A stretch of DNA of 62,873 bases, the filler included, from Octopus bimaculoides (Eukaryota): the NCBI RefSeq assembly GCF_001194135.2. It is 6 parts of 5 records of this genome, joined end to end, with 100 filler letters (N's around TTAATTAATTAA, not from the genome) between each part and the next. Parts side by side here need not be neighbours in the genome. Positions count along the whole stretch, not along the records: positions 1 to 20,843 come from NC_068986.1; positions 20,944 to 36,936 come from NC_069004.1; 4 more parts are not named here. One strand, given 5' to 3'. Each line of letters opens with the position of its first letter. Positions within the stretch are counted from its first letter, which is position 1. Under the pieces are notes generated by a model that saw only the letters and a program-made list of their open reading frames with translations, was not told the origin of the DNA and made no database searches. A program made the position numbers and the translations under genes. Shown piece by piece: positions 11,351 through 24,400 of this stretch.

Positions 11351-12714
11351 ATCCCAGAAGAAACCTGTATATCAACTCAATAACTTTGGATGAATCAACA
11401 GATTCCATTGATTCAGCTCCGATATTGTATTTTGTTAGTGCTGTAACTGAAGATTTTCATGTATTTAAAGAATTGCATGAATTGCAATAGACGCACTAAA
11501 CGAGAGGATGTGGGGAATTGACTTTTCAACAACTTTAAAGTAATGAAGTAGGAACGAGTTTTCACCGTCTTGGTGAGTGTTTGTATTGATGACGCATCAT
11601 CTACGATTGGAGAAAATGAAGGATTTATTGAACATCTTAAAAGAGAACTCTCAAATCCCAATCTACTGGTTTGTTTTCGTTGTTTTAAGCATCAGCAGAA
11701 TACCTGAGCCAAATCTGTCATTTTGAATGACATTTTGCAAAATGTTATCGGTTCTGGGAACAATATTCGAACGAATATCATGAGGCATTGCCAGTTTCGA
11801 TACATGCTCATGATAGATGATGAGATAATGTCAATTTACCCTATCAAATGAAATTCTGTTGGTTATTACAAGAACAAGCATTAGTCTAAGTTATATCTTA
11901 ACGAGGGAAAAGAATTATCCTGTTTCAAAAAAAAAAAAAAAAAGAAAAAGAAAACTATCAGATACAAATTTTCGCCGAGATGTTTGCATGCGACTTGATG
12001 TTGAAGCAAAATGAATAAAATAAAAAGAATAATAAGGCTATCTATATATGACATGTGGCAATAAAAGTTTGGAATTTATTTTTTGCTTAGGCACAACTTA
12101 CAGAAGAGCTCTTTTCCTATTTCATAAAAATAATACTAGTCACTTTCAGACTTATTTGTTAAAAAAGGCAATGAAAATTTCAATGATTTTGAAAAGAGTT
12201 ATTTCACACTTCAGTTGAGGTACCAAAGGCAACAGCAACAGGAGAGCTGCAAATGGAACTGATTGCATTATCCAAAGATAATGTTCTGAAATATCGGTCT
12301 GATTGCAAGGAAAACCCCACTGGAATTTGGAAAAAAGGTGGTGAGATACCCTCACTTTGGCGTATATGTCGGGCGATGATTTCGTTTTTTACTACAGCAT
12401 TCTGGTGTGAATCCACATTGTCAAATCAAGGATTCGTAGAGAACACAGATTACCAGTGAGACCCCGGCAGACCAATTAAAACTAAAGCAACTCTTTGTTA
12501 GAATTTGAATTCATAGTACTGTCTCACAAGAAGCAACCTCGAAGAAGTTATAAGCTTGCTTAAAAATTAAGTGAATAAAGTACTTGTTTTAAACTGTTTA
12601 GTTGTATATCGCCTGTGAGTTGTTTATTTAAATTATGATAGAAGATATAAAATTACTGAGAAATTGGCCGAAACAATATTCTGTGTGGTCACATAAGAAA
12701 GTTCTTTACTCCTG
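11350..12714 (+). mobile_element. hAT (Charlie/Buster/GTF2IRD2-like) transposase pseudogene with 3' end
   Basis: SITLDESTDSIDSAPILYFV…; LVSVCIDDASSTIGENEGFIEHLK…FRCFKHQQN (C..H motif); dimerisation domain ELIALSKDNVLK…TGIWKK…FFTTAFWCESTLS. A probable terminus …TTTACTCCTG lies at 12714. Confidence 0.85.
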
Positions 12715-12719
12715 CACTA

Positions 12720-15150
12720 ACCGAAGCGTGTCACAATGCTCAGAGAGCAATCCTTAGGATACGGGAGAGGAGCTAGGGCCGGAGCTATAACAGTGCTCCG
12801 AACATCCAGGTGACAGTATCTTCAGATACTTGCAGGGCAACAGCCATCGCGTAATGTGATCCGCAACTAACAAGACAGTGGTTCTAATTCGACGCTAACC
12901 TCTCTAAAAGAACAACGGACGTTGAGCTTGGTCTGCCAGACTGGCTGGCAATTGCAAGGTAAAAAAAAAAGAACAGGAGGCGCGTATATTCTAAAGCTAC
13001 AGGCCCTTAGTAAACTTGAATATGATGTATATATTATACAGAGGTTGTTTGAATGTATTTCTCTAGAATTATACAACATGAATCACATAACATAGTGGTA
13101 GATGAGCAGGCAGGTGGATAGAAAGGAGCTTAGGGCTGTGCCGAACAGCTCCTCGTCAACAAATTTGCCCTTCTGAAACCTGCTAGACTTTTAGAAGGCA
13201 CGTGATTTCGTTCCTCACACATGGATAAGAGAGTCACTACGTTTCGTTAAAGTTCTAATAGATATTAAGAGACTGACCATTAAGAGACTGGCAATAATGT
13301 GGCGTACAAAACTATTGATAAGAACTGAAGCTACCACCACAGTCATTATCAGAATTAGGCTATCAACAGGGATATTTCAGAGTGGCAGCTTATAAGTAAT
13401 ACTTTTCGTCCTAGCACAAAGCTCTTGTTACCCCTGTCATGGAAATGCATAGGCTACATGATAGAATCTGCAGATGTACAAAAAATTAATACCACCTACA
13501 CCTTTTATGTTGGTGATCTTAATCTACACGAGTAATATTTATAATACCAAGAGACCATTAGAACTAATTACAACACTCTCGAGGGGTATAGGAATAGAAT
13601 TTGTTTAGAATATGTGATCATGTTTGGTAGTCGAACTAGGAAAGATTGTCTACCAGGCAAACAATATCGATACCGATGACCTACTATTTTTTATCACCAA
13701 TAACGAATGCTACGAATACCTTCGAATCAATGAAAATGTTGCATATGTTGGTGCTGCTAGCAAAAATAGAGTGACAAATGAATATTTCGGTAGACTTCGG
13801 AAGATATGAATGTCAAAGTTATCTGCATTTAATAAAGCCATATCCAACAATGCTTTCGCAGTGCGAGTGCTAATTCCAACAAATACATGAAGAAATCTGA
13901 ACCAGTACATCAGGACTAGGAAGATATCAACTTCTGCATCAATAGCAGCACTGACAGGATCTGTGTTAAACAGAAGGATGAATGAAGAAACATAAGATCT
14001 TTCTTGGTGGCCTTTCAGTGCCGTATCATATCGCATAGACAACACACACTGAAGAGCAAAAAGAGAAATAAATACATCACATGTATACCAGACACCGAGG
14101 GTAAGCATCATATTAGGCGAAGAACTCCTAAACAAGTACCCTGAGTTTACCATTGTTTCATGCGAACCAAGTGTGTCTGCACTGGCTTACTTAAACTGAA
14201 GGACTTGGAGGAGAAATACTCATTATACCAACAGAAAATTATGAAGGGTAAAATATCCTGCAAGTTGGAGAATGCCGACAACAGTGACAGGAACAACAAC
14301 TTCTCCTGGATTTATCACATCGCACCAAAAAAACTAAGCATTTGCTTGCCAAGAATAGGAGGCAGCTATGAAATAGCTGATCAACAAGAAAGATAAAGAT
14401 GTCTCTAGACCGCTACGCTTTGTTAAAAAATGTTTGTACCATACCGGTGTGGAAGGTATCACCCATATAATCATCAGCTGTTCAAAACTGACAGCAAGTT
14501 ATCACCTTTCTACGGGACATGGCGTTGTTGTTAAAAGTCTACAATGCTGTACTCAGAGTGAATATCCCTATGACCATGCTAAACGCACATCAGAACCAGA
14601 ATGTATCCACACTTTTAAATACAGAGTACTAGTGGAACATTGCAATAAAAAAATGAAAACAACAGCCCATTGTAGGCACAACAGGATAGATATTACTGTA
14701 TGAGCTAGAGAACAAAAGTCATGTACCATTGTAGAGATCCGCTACCTGGTAGATTTGAATGTTTCCTCAAAAATTATACAAAGGAAAGTCTATGGAGAAA
14801 TAATATGAAACGTACTGCTCTTTTATCCAGGTTATTGATTTTGATTTGCACAATCGAAATTCATAAAATAGTGGAATATGAAAGTATTTTGATTTATTTT
14901 CCGTGCTATACGTGAACAATGTATCCTTAATTTCTTTAAAATTATAATTACTCTAACAGCATCGTCATTTTAGCGTGACTAGTAAGAAAGTGTGACTGGT
15001 AGGTTGAAGTAACAAAGAAGTGAATTAAAGTTTCAATCGAGGTTTGAGGAAGGAGACGGTAAGTATGAGATAACCGGAATGAATAAAAGCTGCCGAGTTT
15101 GAGGTGTGGCTTTCTAGGAATGATGATACTCAAAATTAACAATAAAAGTA
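12720..15150 (+). mobile_element. R4/Dong-clade non-LTR retrotransposon (RT plus REL endonuclease), 5'-truncated and decayed
   Basis: RT remnants LPDWLAIAR…, DEQAGG…GCAEQLLVNK, GIFQSGSL, TFYVGDLNL, YEYLRINENVAY, SKLSAFNKAISNNAFAVRVLIP. C-terminal EGITHIIISCSKL…TGHGVVVKSL, HNRIDITV and SCTIVEI (REL). Confidence 0.85.
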
Positions 15151-15263
15151 ACATGTTAATTAAACTAAATTCAAATTGAAATTTTAGGTTTTATTGGTTC
15201 AAAAATATTCATTCAGATGTTTTGGCTACGTTCAAACCATCAGATAGTTTATAAAACATTATA

Positions 15264-15452
15264 CAGGGAGGATTATGGCGAGAGGGAATATAATTCTGTG
15301 ATGATTATGCTGCATTCTAAAGGCTATAAGCAATTCAGTCACCATACCTAAGAACAATTTATTCTTTTTATGAGAAACAGTTTTTAAAAAATTTAACTGT
15401 TTCTTATCAAAAATAGATGTTTCCTATGTATGGGGACTTTTGAATCACCCTG
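15264..15452. mobile_element. Tc1/mariner-type MITE (degenerate)
   Basis: TA|CAGGGAGGATT … TTTGAATCACCCTG|TA ends. The terminal repeat match is short. Confidence 0.4.
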
Positions 15453-15587
15453 TATATTAAAAGCACGCTATGTATACACACACATGCACACACATACCTA
15501 CACGTGCCTATACGTACATATAAATGTGTGTGTGTGCGTGTATATGTATATGTAAATGAGAATATACATGCGCGAGCGTGTGTTTGT

Positions 15588-15618
<31 letters not shown>

Positions 15619-16002
15619 AGGGAGAGGGANNNNNNNNNNNNNNNNNNNNNNNNNNNNNNNNNNNNNNNNNNNNNNNNNNNNNNNNNNNNNNNNNNNNNNN
15701 NNNNNNNNNNNNNNNNNNNNNNNNNNNNNNNNNNNNNNNNNNNNNNNNNNNGGGAGAAAGAAAGAGAGAAATGGTGGTGAGAGTATGTGTCTGTTGCCGA
15801 TATTTTGTTAGTATAAAATTGATTTTATTGATATGATTTGGATACTTTGTTCGGATACAAATTCTTGATCATCATATATTCTATCAACCTTCATTTTATC
15901 TCGTGTCCAAATGCTATAATGGTTTTAAAGGTGTGTGTATTTGTGTAAGTATTGTTTTGTGAGTGTTTATGTGTGAATGTGTAAGACCGTGTATGTCTGT
16001 TA

Positions 16003-16033
<31 letters not shown>

Positions 16034-16835
16034 AGAGAGGTTATATGTTGTATACACAACTGTATTTGTTTCTGCTATGCATGCCGTTAGCTGGTCACTT
16101 TATAAGTGATTTCCCTATATTCATTTGCAATACATCTGTTTAGGTTTTCTCAGTATCATCCATTCGACAATTATACGTCATTGGAAATCTCCCCAAAGGC
16201 TACTTGTCAGTTCTGCATTTTAGTTTGACCGCTTCAGGTATCATGGTGATACTAGTCATTCATCTCAGCCATTGGCAGCAGCATCAATAGAAAATGTTCC
16301 TGGCTAAAGTGACCGGAGACTCATGTATTATGCATCTGGCGATCCTTGAAATGCCTGGTACACACAACTGCAGGGAACCTTTCTCCGCTTCGATTTCTTT
16401 GATACAAACAAAAACTTTGTTAACTTTACATGTTCTCTTATTAACGACTAACCGTTTAGTAAAATTGTTTCGCTTCCATACGCGTTTTTATACATCAATT
16501 ATACATAATTATATATATATATTCTTGACATCAATGGGAGTGTTTCGAACTAATGATTGAAATAATAACGATTTCTCATATTGGTATAAAACTATACACT
16601 TTTAGCAGTCGATTGAATCCACGTTGTACATGTCCGGTACATATTTTATATACCCCAAAGAGATGGATTGAGGCGCAGTCTATTGCGACGGAATTATTAA
16701 CTCAACATGAACAGATGAAATTAAATACTGTAGGATATCCAATTCTACATTATATTGTTTCCAGTCCGTCATCACTCTTCATAAAACTAACATATACCTT
16801 AATATTGCGAGAAGAATAATGAATGAAATCACTAT

Positions 16836-17232
16836 TCTTTCATTCTTTTACTTGTTTCAGTAATTTGACTGCGGCCATGCTGGAGCACCACCTTTAGTCG
16901 AACAAATCGACTCCAGGGATTACTTTGTAAGACGAGTACTTATCCTATCGGTCTCTTTTGCCGAACCGCTAAGTTACGGGGACGTAAACACACCAACATC
17001 GGTTGTCAAGCGATGGTGGAGGGACAAGTGCAGACACACAAACACACACATATTTATATATATACAATGGGCTTCTTTCAGTTCCCGTCTACCAAATCCA
17101 CTCACAAGGCTTTGGTCGGCCAGAGGCTATAGTAGAAGACACTTGCTCAAGGTGCCACGCACTGGGACTGAATCCAGAACCATGTGGTTGGTAAGCAAGC
17201 TACTTACTACACAGCTACTTCTGTGCCTATAT
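16836..17232 (-). mobile_element. SINE family B, near full length
   Basis: Complete head-CORE-like-microsatellite-tail structure ending …GGCGGTGCTCCAGCATGGCCGCAGTC…GAAACAAGTAAAAG on the minus strand. Confidence 0.9.
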
Positions 17233-20200
17233 TGAAATGTGTTCCTACAATTACATTGTAAGAACTAAACCTGTAAATTTAAGTTGCTATATGTAAGAGA
17301 ACCTAATGTTTTGTAATCAGTCCGATTTAAAAAAAAAAAAATATTTGTATAAAATGGACAGAGTGAGAAAGGCTAGTGAGATCAATGCAATCAACACCCA
17401 AACATTTACAAGTTGGTGAGTGCAACAATGCGTGACTAAAGAATGAATCGAGGGAACCTAGCAAAAGACTGAACTCTATTAATCAAGAGGGGCATAGGCC
17501 CATCATTCAAAGTACAGGCTTATTGAATTCTTTGTATTTGTCTCTAGAATTAAAGAAAGGTACATCGAAAATGTTTTCAGTGCATTATCCAAAGCTTGTA
17601 AATTTCCATTAGACAGCAATTCAATAAACATTGTTTTACTTCAATTACAAAAGACTCTAAAGCTATATGTTAAATACTTCAGGCATATGATATTTCACCA
17701 GTTACACTTCTGATATTATTGCTTTTACAACTCAAACATACATAATACTAAGAATTCCAAAAAGATTTTTAAGGTTTTGCAAAATATGTTCTTCAGATAT
17801 CTATCCAGCTCAATGTGTCTTAAAAATCAAATTGCATGTTTCTATCACGAAAAATACATATATATTTCTTCCCTATGTGACCATTTAGAATAAGCTGTCA
17901 GTTGTAGTGATTTTTGAGCAATATGCCTCAAGGAAAATGATTCTCTGTGAGATATATGCCTTTTTCGTGGAATCTAACAATAAGGGTAGTTAAAAGTAAC
18001 TGCAATTGCTGATGAAAATACCTTGTCCATAGAATATACACTACTAGATGCAACTCACCATTAGAAAACTTGTAATATCATGGGGTTAATTCAATTGACT
18101 ATACTGCACCTCTACAATAAGTCATAATGGTTTATATCTACGAAACGAGGTTTTATGTTTATAGGAATGACAGCCATTGTTTTTTAATTGAGCTTTTGTG
18201 TGATCAACGTGCCTCTTTAATGATTACAAACATTAAAATAATCTAGAGTTAAACGCTAGTAGAAAGGTGTGGGCAATACGGAGTTATATACTTATATTAA
18301 GCGATCTTTATAAATTTATGAATTTTGTTTTGTTAAGAATAGAGTAATCGGATTTATGGGAAAAATATCCGAAACAAAGAGAGTTGAGTGAAATAAATGA
18401 ATAACCTATATCTCTAAGATATTTAAAGAGAATATTTTATAAGATTCTTTTTAAATGCAATCAATGCTTTTAAGATATTAGGTAAATAGACATATCTCTT
18501 TCAATGAAGTGTTGATAAGTTAAACAAAATTAAAGAATGTTGTGTGCACTCCAACAACACTTTAATGTGTTAAGGAGAGAAGAAAAATATATATCTGAAA
18601 TAGAAGGGGAAAAAAAAGGAACTCCAGAAACAGAAAAAGAAATTTAAACTACCACCTCTAAAAGGTGGAATGTGCAGATAACAGAAATAAGCTGAAATTA
18701 TTCCAGTCACATACAAGCGCATGGCGTTTGAAATTCAACTACATGAAAAATTCCTTCTATCCTTCTTTTCTAGCAAAACTCAATACATAGACACACTGGC
18801 GATTCACATGACGTATACTCGTAGAAAAGCAAGCTATGTTGAAGTGCCCTACAGATAGAAAATACCTTATATTACTACGAAAATGGCTGCCGTAGGAAGA
18901 TGAATTCAGAAAGGATAACTACTAGTGATGTGGCTAGAGGAAGTGAAAAAGCAAATATAAATTTAGAGAAGAGAAAATATATAACTCAAATATATGACTC
19001 AACCAGCAAACATCAACGAAAGCTACACACATAGTGAGAACACTTCTTTACACATGTCGTTTACATATGGCACTCATTAGCAAGCAGACAAATTTACATT
19101 GCTTAAACTGTCAGTAAATGTTTACAACATTTTCAAGAATTCTTATGTCTATATCAGTCTGTTGTTTTGCCTCGTTTATAGTTATATTTGTTTATTTCAT
19201 AAAATAGAATTTGCTTTATATATTATTTCAATATTTAAAAAAAAATATTTTATATATTAATATATTTTGATATTGATACTTAAATTTGAAACTTCCTTGA
19301 AATACTTGTCACACATTACGAAAACCCCACCTTTCTATCCAAAGTTAATAGTAAGAAGCTTTATTTTAAAGTTCGAAGATGACAATACATAAATTTACTG
19401 AGTCTTTGTCTCGTTGAATCTATTTCCTCTCTTTTATTATTAAAAGTTCGCAACATTTACCAAATTTGCTTCGCATAAAGTTTCTACGTCTGAATTTAGT
19501 GTTATGAACAAATATTTCGATATTTTACCAACATTTAATCATAAAAGACCAAAATTGCAATATGCCAGCGAAATGCTTTATGTCAAGATGAGAAAAAACA
19601 AGTAAAAAATTGACCAGTTCCAAGGCAGGGTACAAGAAATTTCTTCACACTATTTATACCAAATATAATTAGTCATTTTAGATCATCGCATCAATAATTT
19701 TTATACGGTTTCAAACAGTTAGCAACTGTAATGAATGCAATGAAAGCTAAGTGGCAGTGTGGTGCATAAAAGTTAGAAGTTTAAAAAGAAGTTTTTACGA
19801 GAAGGAAAAGTGGAATGGTAGGGCGATTGAAACAAAATACCTTGTTTGGAAATTCAAGATGGGATTGCGGAGTCAGACTGAACAAAACAGTTTTCTAGTT
19901 TTCATCAAATAATAAACTGAACAACTTATTTAAGGAATATTAATATACTTTTCATTTTGACAGAGAATAAAGCTCCCCTATGACAGGGAAAATAGGTACT
20001 GAGACATTGTAATGTTTATGATATTTTCAAGGGGGTTTATTAGCTTCATTGAAGTGCATTTTCATTAACTTGTAAATTTTAATTTTTACAGAGCTTCTAA
20101 CGAGACGAGACTGCGATCCGCAATTAAATCTATTTCAATCTTCACTTTACTAATGCAACTCCAGAAAGGCATGAATGTTATATATTATTTTGTTCCTTTA

Positions 20201-20665
20201 GAAATGTCAACGTTGTCTTACATGGGAAATTAAAGAAACGTTTTGAGGATTCACTGTAGATTTTTCTTTGGAATATTTTACTTATAGAATGTAGTACACA
20301 TGCCAGTAAAGGAAAGTTAAACTATGAGGTTGATAACCAGCACATGATGTTGTTATGTATTCCAATAGGATAATGAAGGGCGAGAACTTACCCTATATTT
20401 TCCGAAGATGGTGAGATACACGTTTGTCAACGACTTTGGCAGAAAGGAAATGAAATTTTTATTATGATCACTACGGATCTAATTTACATAGATGATACAA
20501 AGACAAATACAAACAAATGTACAAAATGTATGAGTTCTTTTTAAAAATTTTTTACGATGTTTTTATAAAATTTAAAAAACGATGACTTTGAATATCCAGA
20601 CATACATATGCATGCATACCCACACACATCTATATAAATATATATATATATACACAAACACACAT

Positions 20666-20698
<33 letters not shown>

Positions 20699-20887
20699 TA
20701 CCCATACATACACCTACACACATGTATGTCTATAAAAAGAAGGGGAGATTGGGTTTTTCAACCCGGCAGCCTATAAGGCCCAGCAGTTTGCCTTTTATTT
20801 TCACAATGATTAGTTTGGGTGACTTACACCCACCTTTTTCACTNNNNNNNNNNNNNNNNNNNNNNNNNNNNNNNNNNNNNNNNNNNN

Positions 20888-20899
20888 TTAATTAATTAA
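20888..20899. other. Artificial TTAATTAATTAA six-frame-stop linker inside a 100-bp gap spacer (also at 36981, 55105, 57514, 59889)
   Basis: The identical 12-mer sits in the middle of five N-runs (44 N on each side at 20844-20943). Confidence 0.95.
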
Positions 20900-20964
20900 N
20901 NNNNNNNNNNNNNNNNNNNNNNNNNNNNNNNNNNNNNNNNNNNTATATATATATAAATATATGT

Positions 20965-21137
20965 ACATATATACGATGGGCTTCTTTCAGTCTCTGTCTA
21001 CCAAATCCACTCACAAGGTTCTGGTCGGCCCGAGGCTATAGCAGAAGTCACTTGCCCAAGGTGCCACGCAGTGGGAATGAACCTGGAACCATGTGGTTGG
21101 TAAGTAAGCTACTTACCACACCACCACTCCTGCACCT
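20965..21137 (-). mobile_element. SINE family B 5' half
   Basis: GGGCTTCTTTCAGT…CTTGCCCAAGGTGCCACGCAGTGGG…AACCATGTGGTTGGTAAG. Confidence 0.85.
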
Positions 21138-21344
21138 CTCTCTATATGTGTGTGTGTGTGTATTTATGTTTGTTTTTATGCTCAGTTATAATAAAAACAA
21201 TTTTCCATTAATCTGATAAGTTAGTCCATAGTTTTTTAGAGAAAAGGTTTTTTTTTTATTCTTCTACAAGAATATTGTTGACAGTGACTTTGAAGTTTCG
21301 GTCAATTATGCCATCCTCACTGTCAATAAAATACGTAATCCTCC

Positions 21345-21864
21345 TCATCATCATCATCGTCATTTAACGTTTGCTTTCCATGCTGGCATGGGTTGGACGC
21401 TTTGACATGAAGCTGGCCAGCCGGGTAGTCTGTCCCGACTCCAATTGTCTGTTGTAGCATGATTTCTACAGCTGGGTGCCCTTCCTAATGCCAACCCCTT
21501 TACAGAGTGCACTGGGTCCTTTTCACATGCCACTGGCAAGGGTGTGGTTATGAAGCACTTGTAAAAGACAAGCCTGTATGTATGGATGACAGCGATTTTA
21601 TTTAGCTTGGCACGTCTTCTCTCTCGCTTCCTCTCTCTCACACACACACACACACACAAACGCAAGCACATATCATCATCATTGTTTAATGTCCTCCTTC
21701 CATGCTGGCATTGGTTGGATGGTTTGACAGGAGTTGGCCAGGCAGAAGCTCACACCATACTTCTGTGCCTGTTTTGGCATGGTTTTTATGGCTGGATGCC
21801 CTTCCTAACACCAACCACTCCGTAGAGTATATGTATTGGGCTGAGTAAAAAGTAATCAATGTTT
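21345..21864 (-). mobile_element. Two SINE family C fragments (GAAGGGCATCCAGC domain, RTE-like 3' tail ending in (GAT)n)
   Basis: (CAT)n-TTTAACGT…TTTCCATGCTGGCATGGGTTGGACG…GCCCTTCCTAA(T/C)(G/A)CCAACC at 21345-21600 and 21672-21864. Confidence 0.75.
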
Positions 21865-21941
21865 CGAAACATTGATTACTTTTTACTCAGCCCAATACAT
21901 ATACTCTACGGAGTGGTTGGTGTTAGGAAGGGCATCCAGCC
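21790..21941. repeat. Perfect 152-bp palindrome abutting an assembly gap
   Basis: 75-bp arm + CG + exact reverse complement; centre GTTTCGAAAC at 21861-21870. Confidence 0.9.
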
Positions 21942-22463
21942 NNNNNNNNNNNNNNNNNNNNNNNNNNNNNNNNNNNNNNNNNNNNNNNNNNNNNNNNNNN
22001 NNNNNNNNNNNNNNNNNNNNNNNNNNNNNNNNNNNNNNNNNNNNNNNNNNNNNNNNNNNNNNNNNNNNNNNNNNNNNNNNNNNNNNNNNNNNNNNNNNNN
22101 NNNNNNNNNNNNNNNNNNNNNNNNNNNNNNNNNNNNNNNNNNNNNNNNNNNNNNNNNNNNNNNNNNNNNNNNNNNNNNNNNNNNNNNNNNNNNNNNNNNN
22201 NNNNNNNNNNNNNNNNNNNNNNNNNNNNNNNNNNNNNNNNNNNNNNNNNNNNNNNNNNNNNNNNNNNNNNNNNNNNNNNNNNNNNNNNNNNNNNNNNNNN
22301 NNNNNNNNNNNNNNNNNNNNNNNNNNNNNNNNNNNNNNNNNNNNNNNNNNNNNNNNNNNNNNNNNNNNNNNNNNNNNNNNNNNNNNNNNNNNNNNNNNNN
22401 NNNNNNNNNNNNNNNNNNNNNNNNNNNNNNNNNNNNNNNNNNNNNNNNNNNNNNNNNNNNNNN

Positions 22464-22494
<31 letters not shown>

Positions 22495-22496
<2 letters not shown>

Positions 22497-22890
22497 TTGT
22501 ATTCTTTTACATGTTTCAGTCATTTGGTTGTGGCCATGCTGGAGCACCACCTTAAAGGACTTATTATTTGTAGCTCTAGTACTTATTCTATTAGTCACTT
22601 TTGCTGAACCACTAAGTTACAGGGACATAAACACATCAACATCGGTTGTCAAGTTATGGCATTGAGACAAACATAGACACAAAGGCACACACACACACAC
22701 ACACACACACATAAATATATGTACATATACATACATATGTATGACGGGCTTCTTTCAGTTTCCATTTACCAAATCCACTCACAAGGCTCTGGTCAGCCCG
22801 AGGCTATAATAAGTAGAAGACACTTACTAAAGATGCCACACAGTGGGACTGAACCCAGAACCATGTGGTTGGGAAGAAAGTTTCTAACCA
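22495..22890 (-). mobile_element. SINE family B, near full length
   Basis: Same structure as the other copies, with an internal (CA)n. Confidence 0.9.
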
Positions 22891-22913
22891 CACAGCCACA
22901 ACATATATATACA

Positions 22914-22978
<65 letters not shown>

Positions 22979-23309
22979 ATATTATTTATTTATTTATTTA
23001 TATATATAAATGTTTATACCATATCTACGTCATATAATATTGATGTGTGTGTTATATCAATCAGTTATCTCAACATCATCATCATCATCTCTCTCTGTAA
23101 CCCCCACCAACACATCTCCATGTTTTCATTTGAAATTTTCTAAATAAATTAATTAATTATGCAGATTGTGGCATTTTTCCGCAAATAGTTCACATAGCAA
23201 CATATCATATTTTGATTTGATGCTTAGATTAGATTAAACTCCCCCTTCTGTTGCCACCATCACCACTGAGACCACCATCATCATCATCATCACTGCAGCA
23301 TCTCTTTTG

Positions 23310-24125
23310 TGTTTTACTTGCTTCAATCATTGGATTGTGGCCATGCTGGGGTGTCGCTTTAGAGAGTTTTAGTCAAATGTATCGATCCCTGTACTTATCT
23401 TGAGAGCTTTGTCCTTGTTCTGTTGATCTCCTATGCTTGATCGCTAAATCATGGGGACATAAACAAACCAACAGCAGTTGTCAAGCGGTAGTGGGGACAA
23501 ACAAGCGCAAAGACACACACATGCATATATATATGACCGGTGTTTTCCAGTTTCCCCTCTACCAAATCCATCCCACAAGGTTTTGGTCGGCTGGAGGCTG
23601 TAGTAGAAAACACTTGCCTAAGGTGCCACCCATCGGGACTGAACTCGGAACCATGTGGTTGGGAAGCAAACTTCTTGTCACAGAGCCATGCCTGCATCTA
23701 TTAATAGTTTTTTTCTGAGTTCTACACTTAAAAAGGAATTATGTATATATGGGAGCATATGTGACTGTGTGGTAAGAGGCTTGCTTCCCAACCACATGGT
23801 TCCGGGTTCAGTCCCATGGCACCTTGGACAAATGTCTTCTACAATAACCTTGGGCTGACTAAATCCTTGTGAGTGGATTTGGTAGGTGAAAGAAGCCTGT
23901 CATATATATGTATGTATGTATATTTGTGTCTCTGTTTGTTGCCACCCACCCTCCACTGGTTGACAACCAATGCTGGTGTGTTTATGTCCTCGTATCTTAG
24001 CAGCTCGGCTAAAAGAGACCGATAGAATAAGAGCTACACGTTTAAGTCCTGGGGTTGATTTCTTTGACTAAAGGTGGTGCTCCAGCATGGCCACAGTCAA
24101 ATGACTGAAACAGGTAAAAGAACAA
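23310..24125. mobile_element. Head-to-head pair of SINE family B copies (23310-23700 minus; 23750-24125 plus)
   Basis: The heads face each other about 50 bp apart; both carry the full tail. Confidence 0.85.
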
Positions 24126-24331
24126 ATGAAGAAAAGGTTACATATTTCTAACTGGTTTGACTCAGCTCGGCATGACTAAAAGTTTTGTGGACAACTAAAA
24201 CTCTTTCTTTATCAGATACTACTGGCAGACTGTGCAGACACACATGCACACATATACACACATGCACATATATATATATACATAAACATATATATATATA
24301 TATACATAAACATATATATATATACATAAAC

Positions 24332-24362
<31 letters not shown>

Positions 24363-24365
24363 CAT

Positions 24366-24400
<35 letters not shown>

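Noticed and set aside
20844-20943. TTAATTAATTAA motif recurring five times
   Set aside because: It is always centred in a 100-bp N spacer and has stops in all six frames; it is an assembly linker, not biology.
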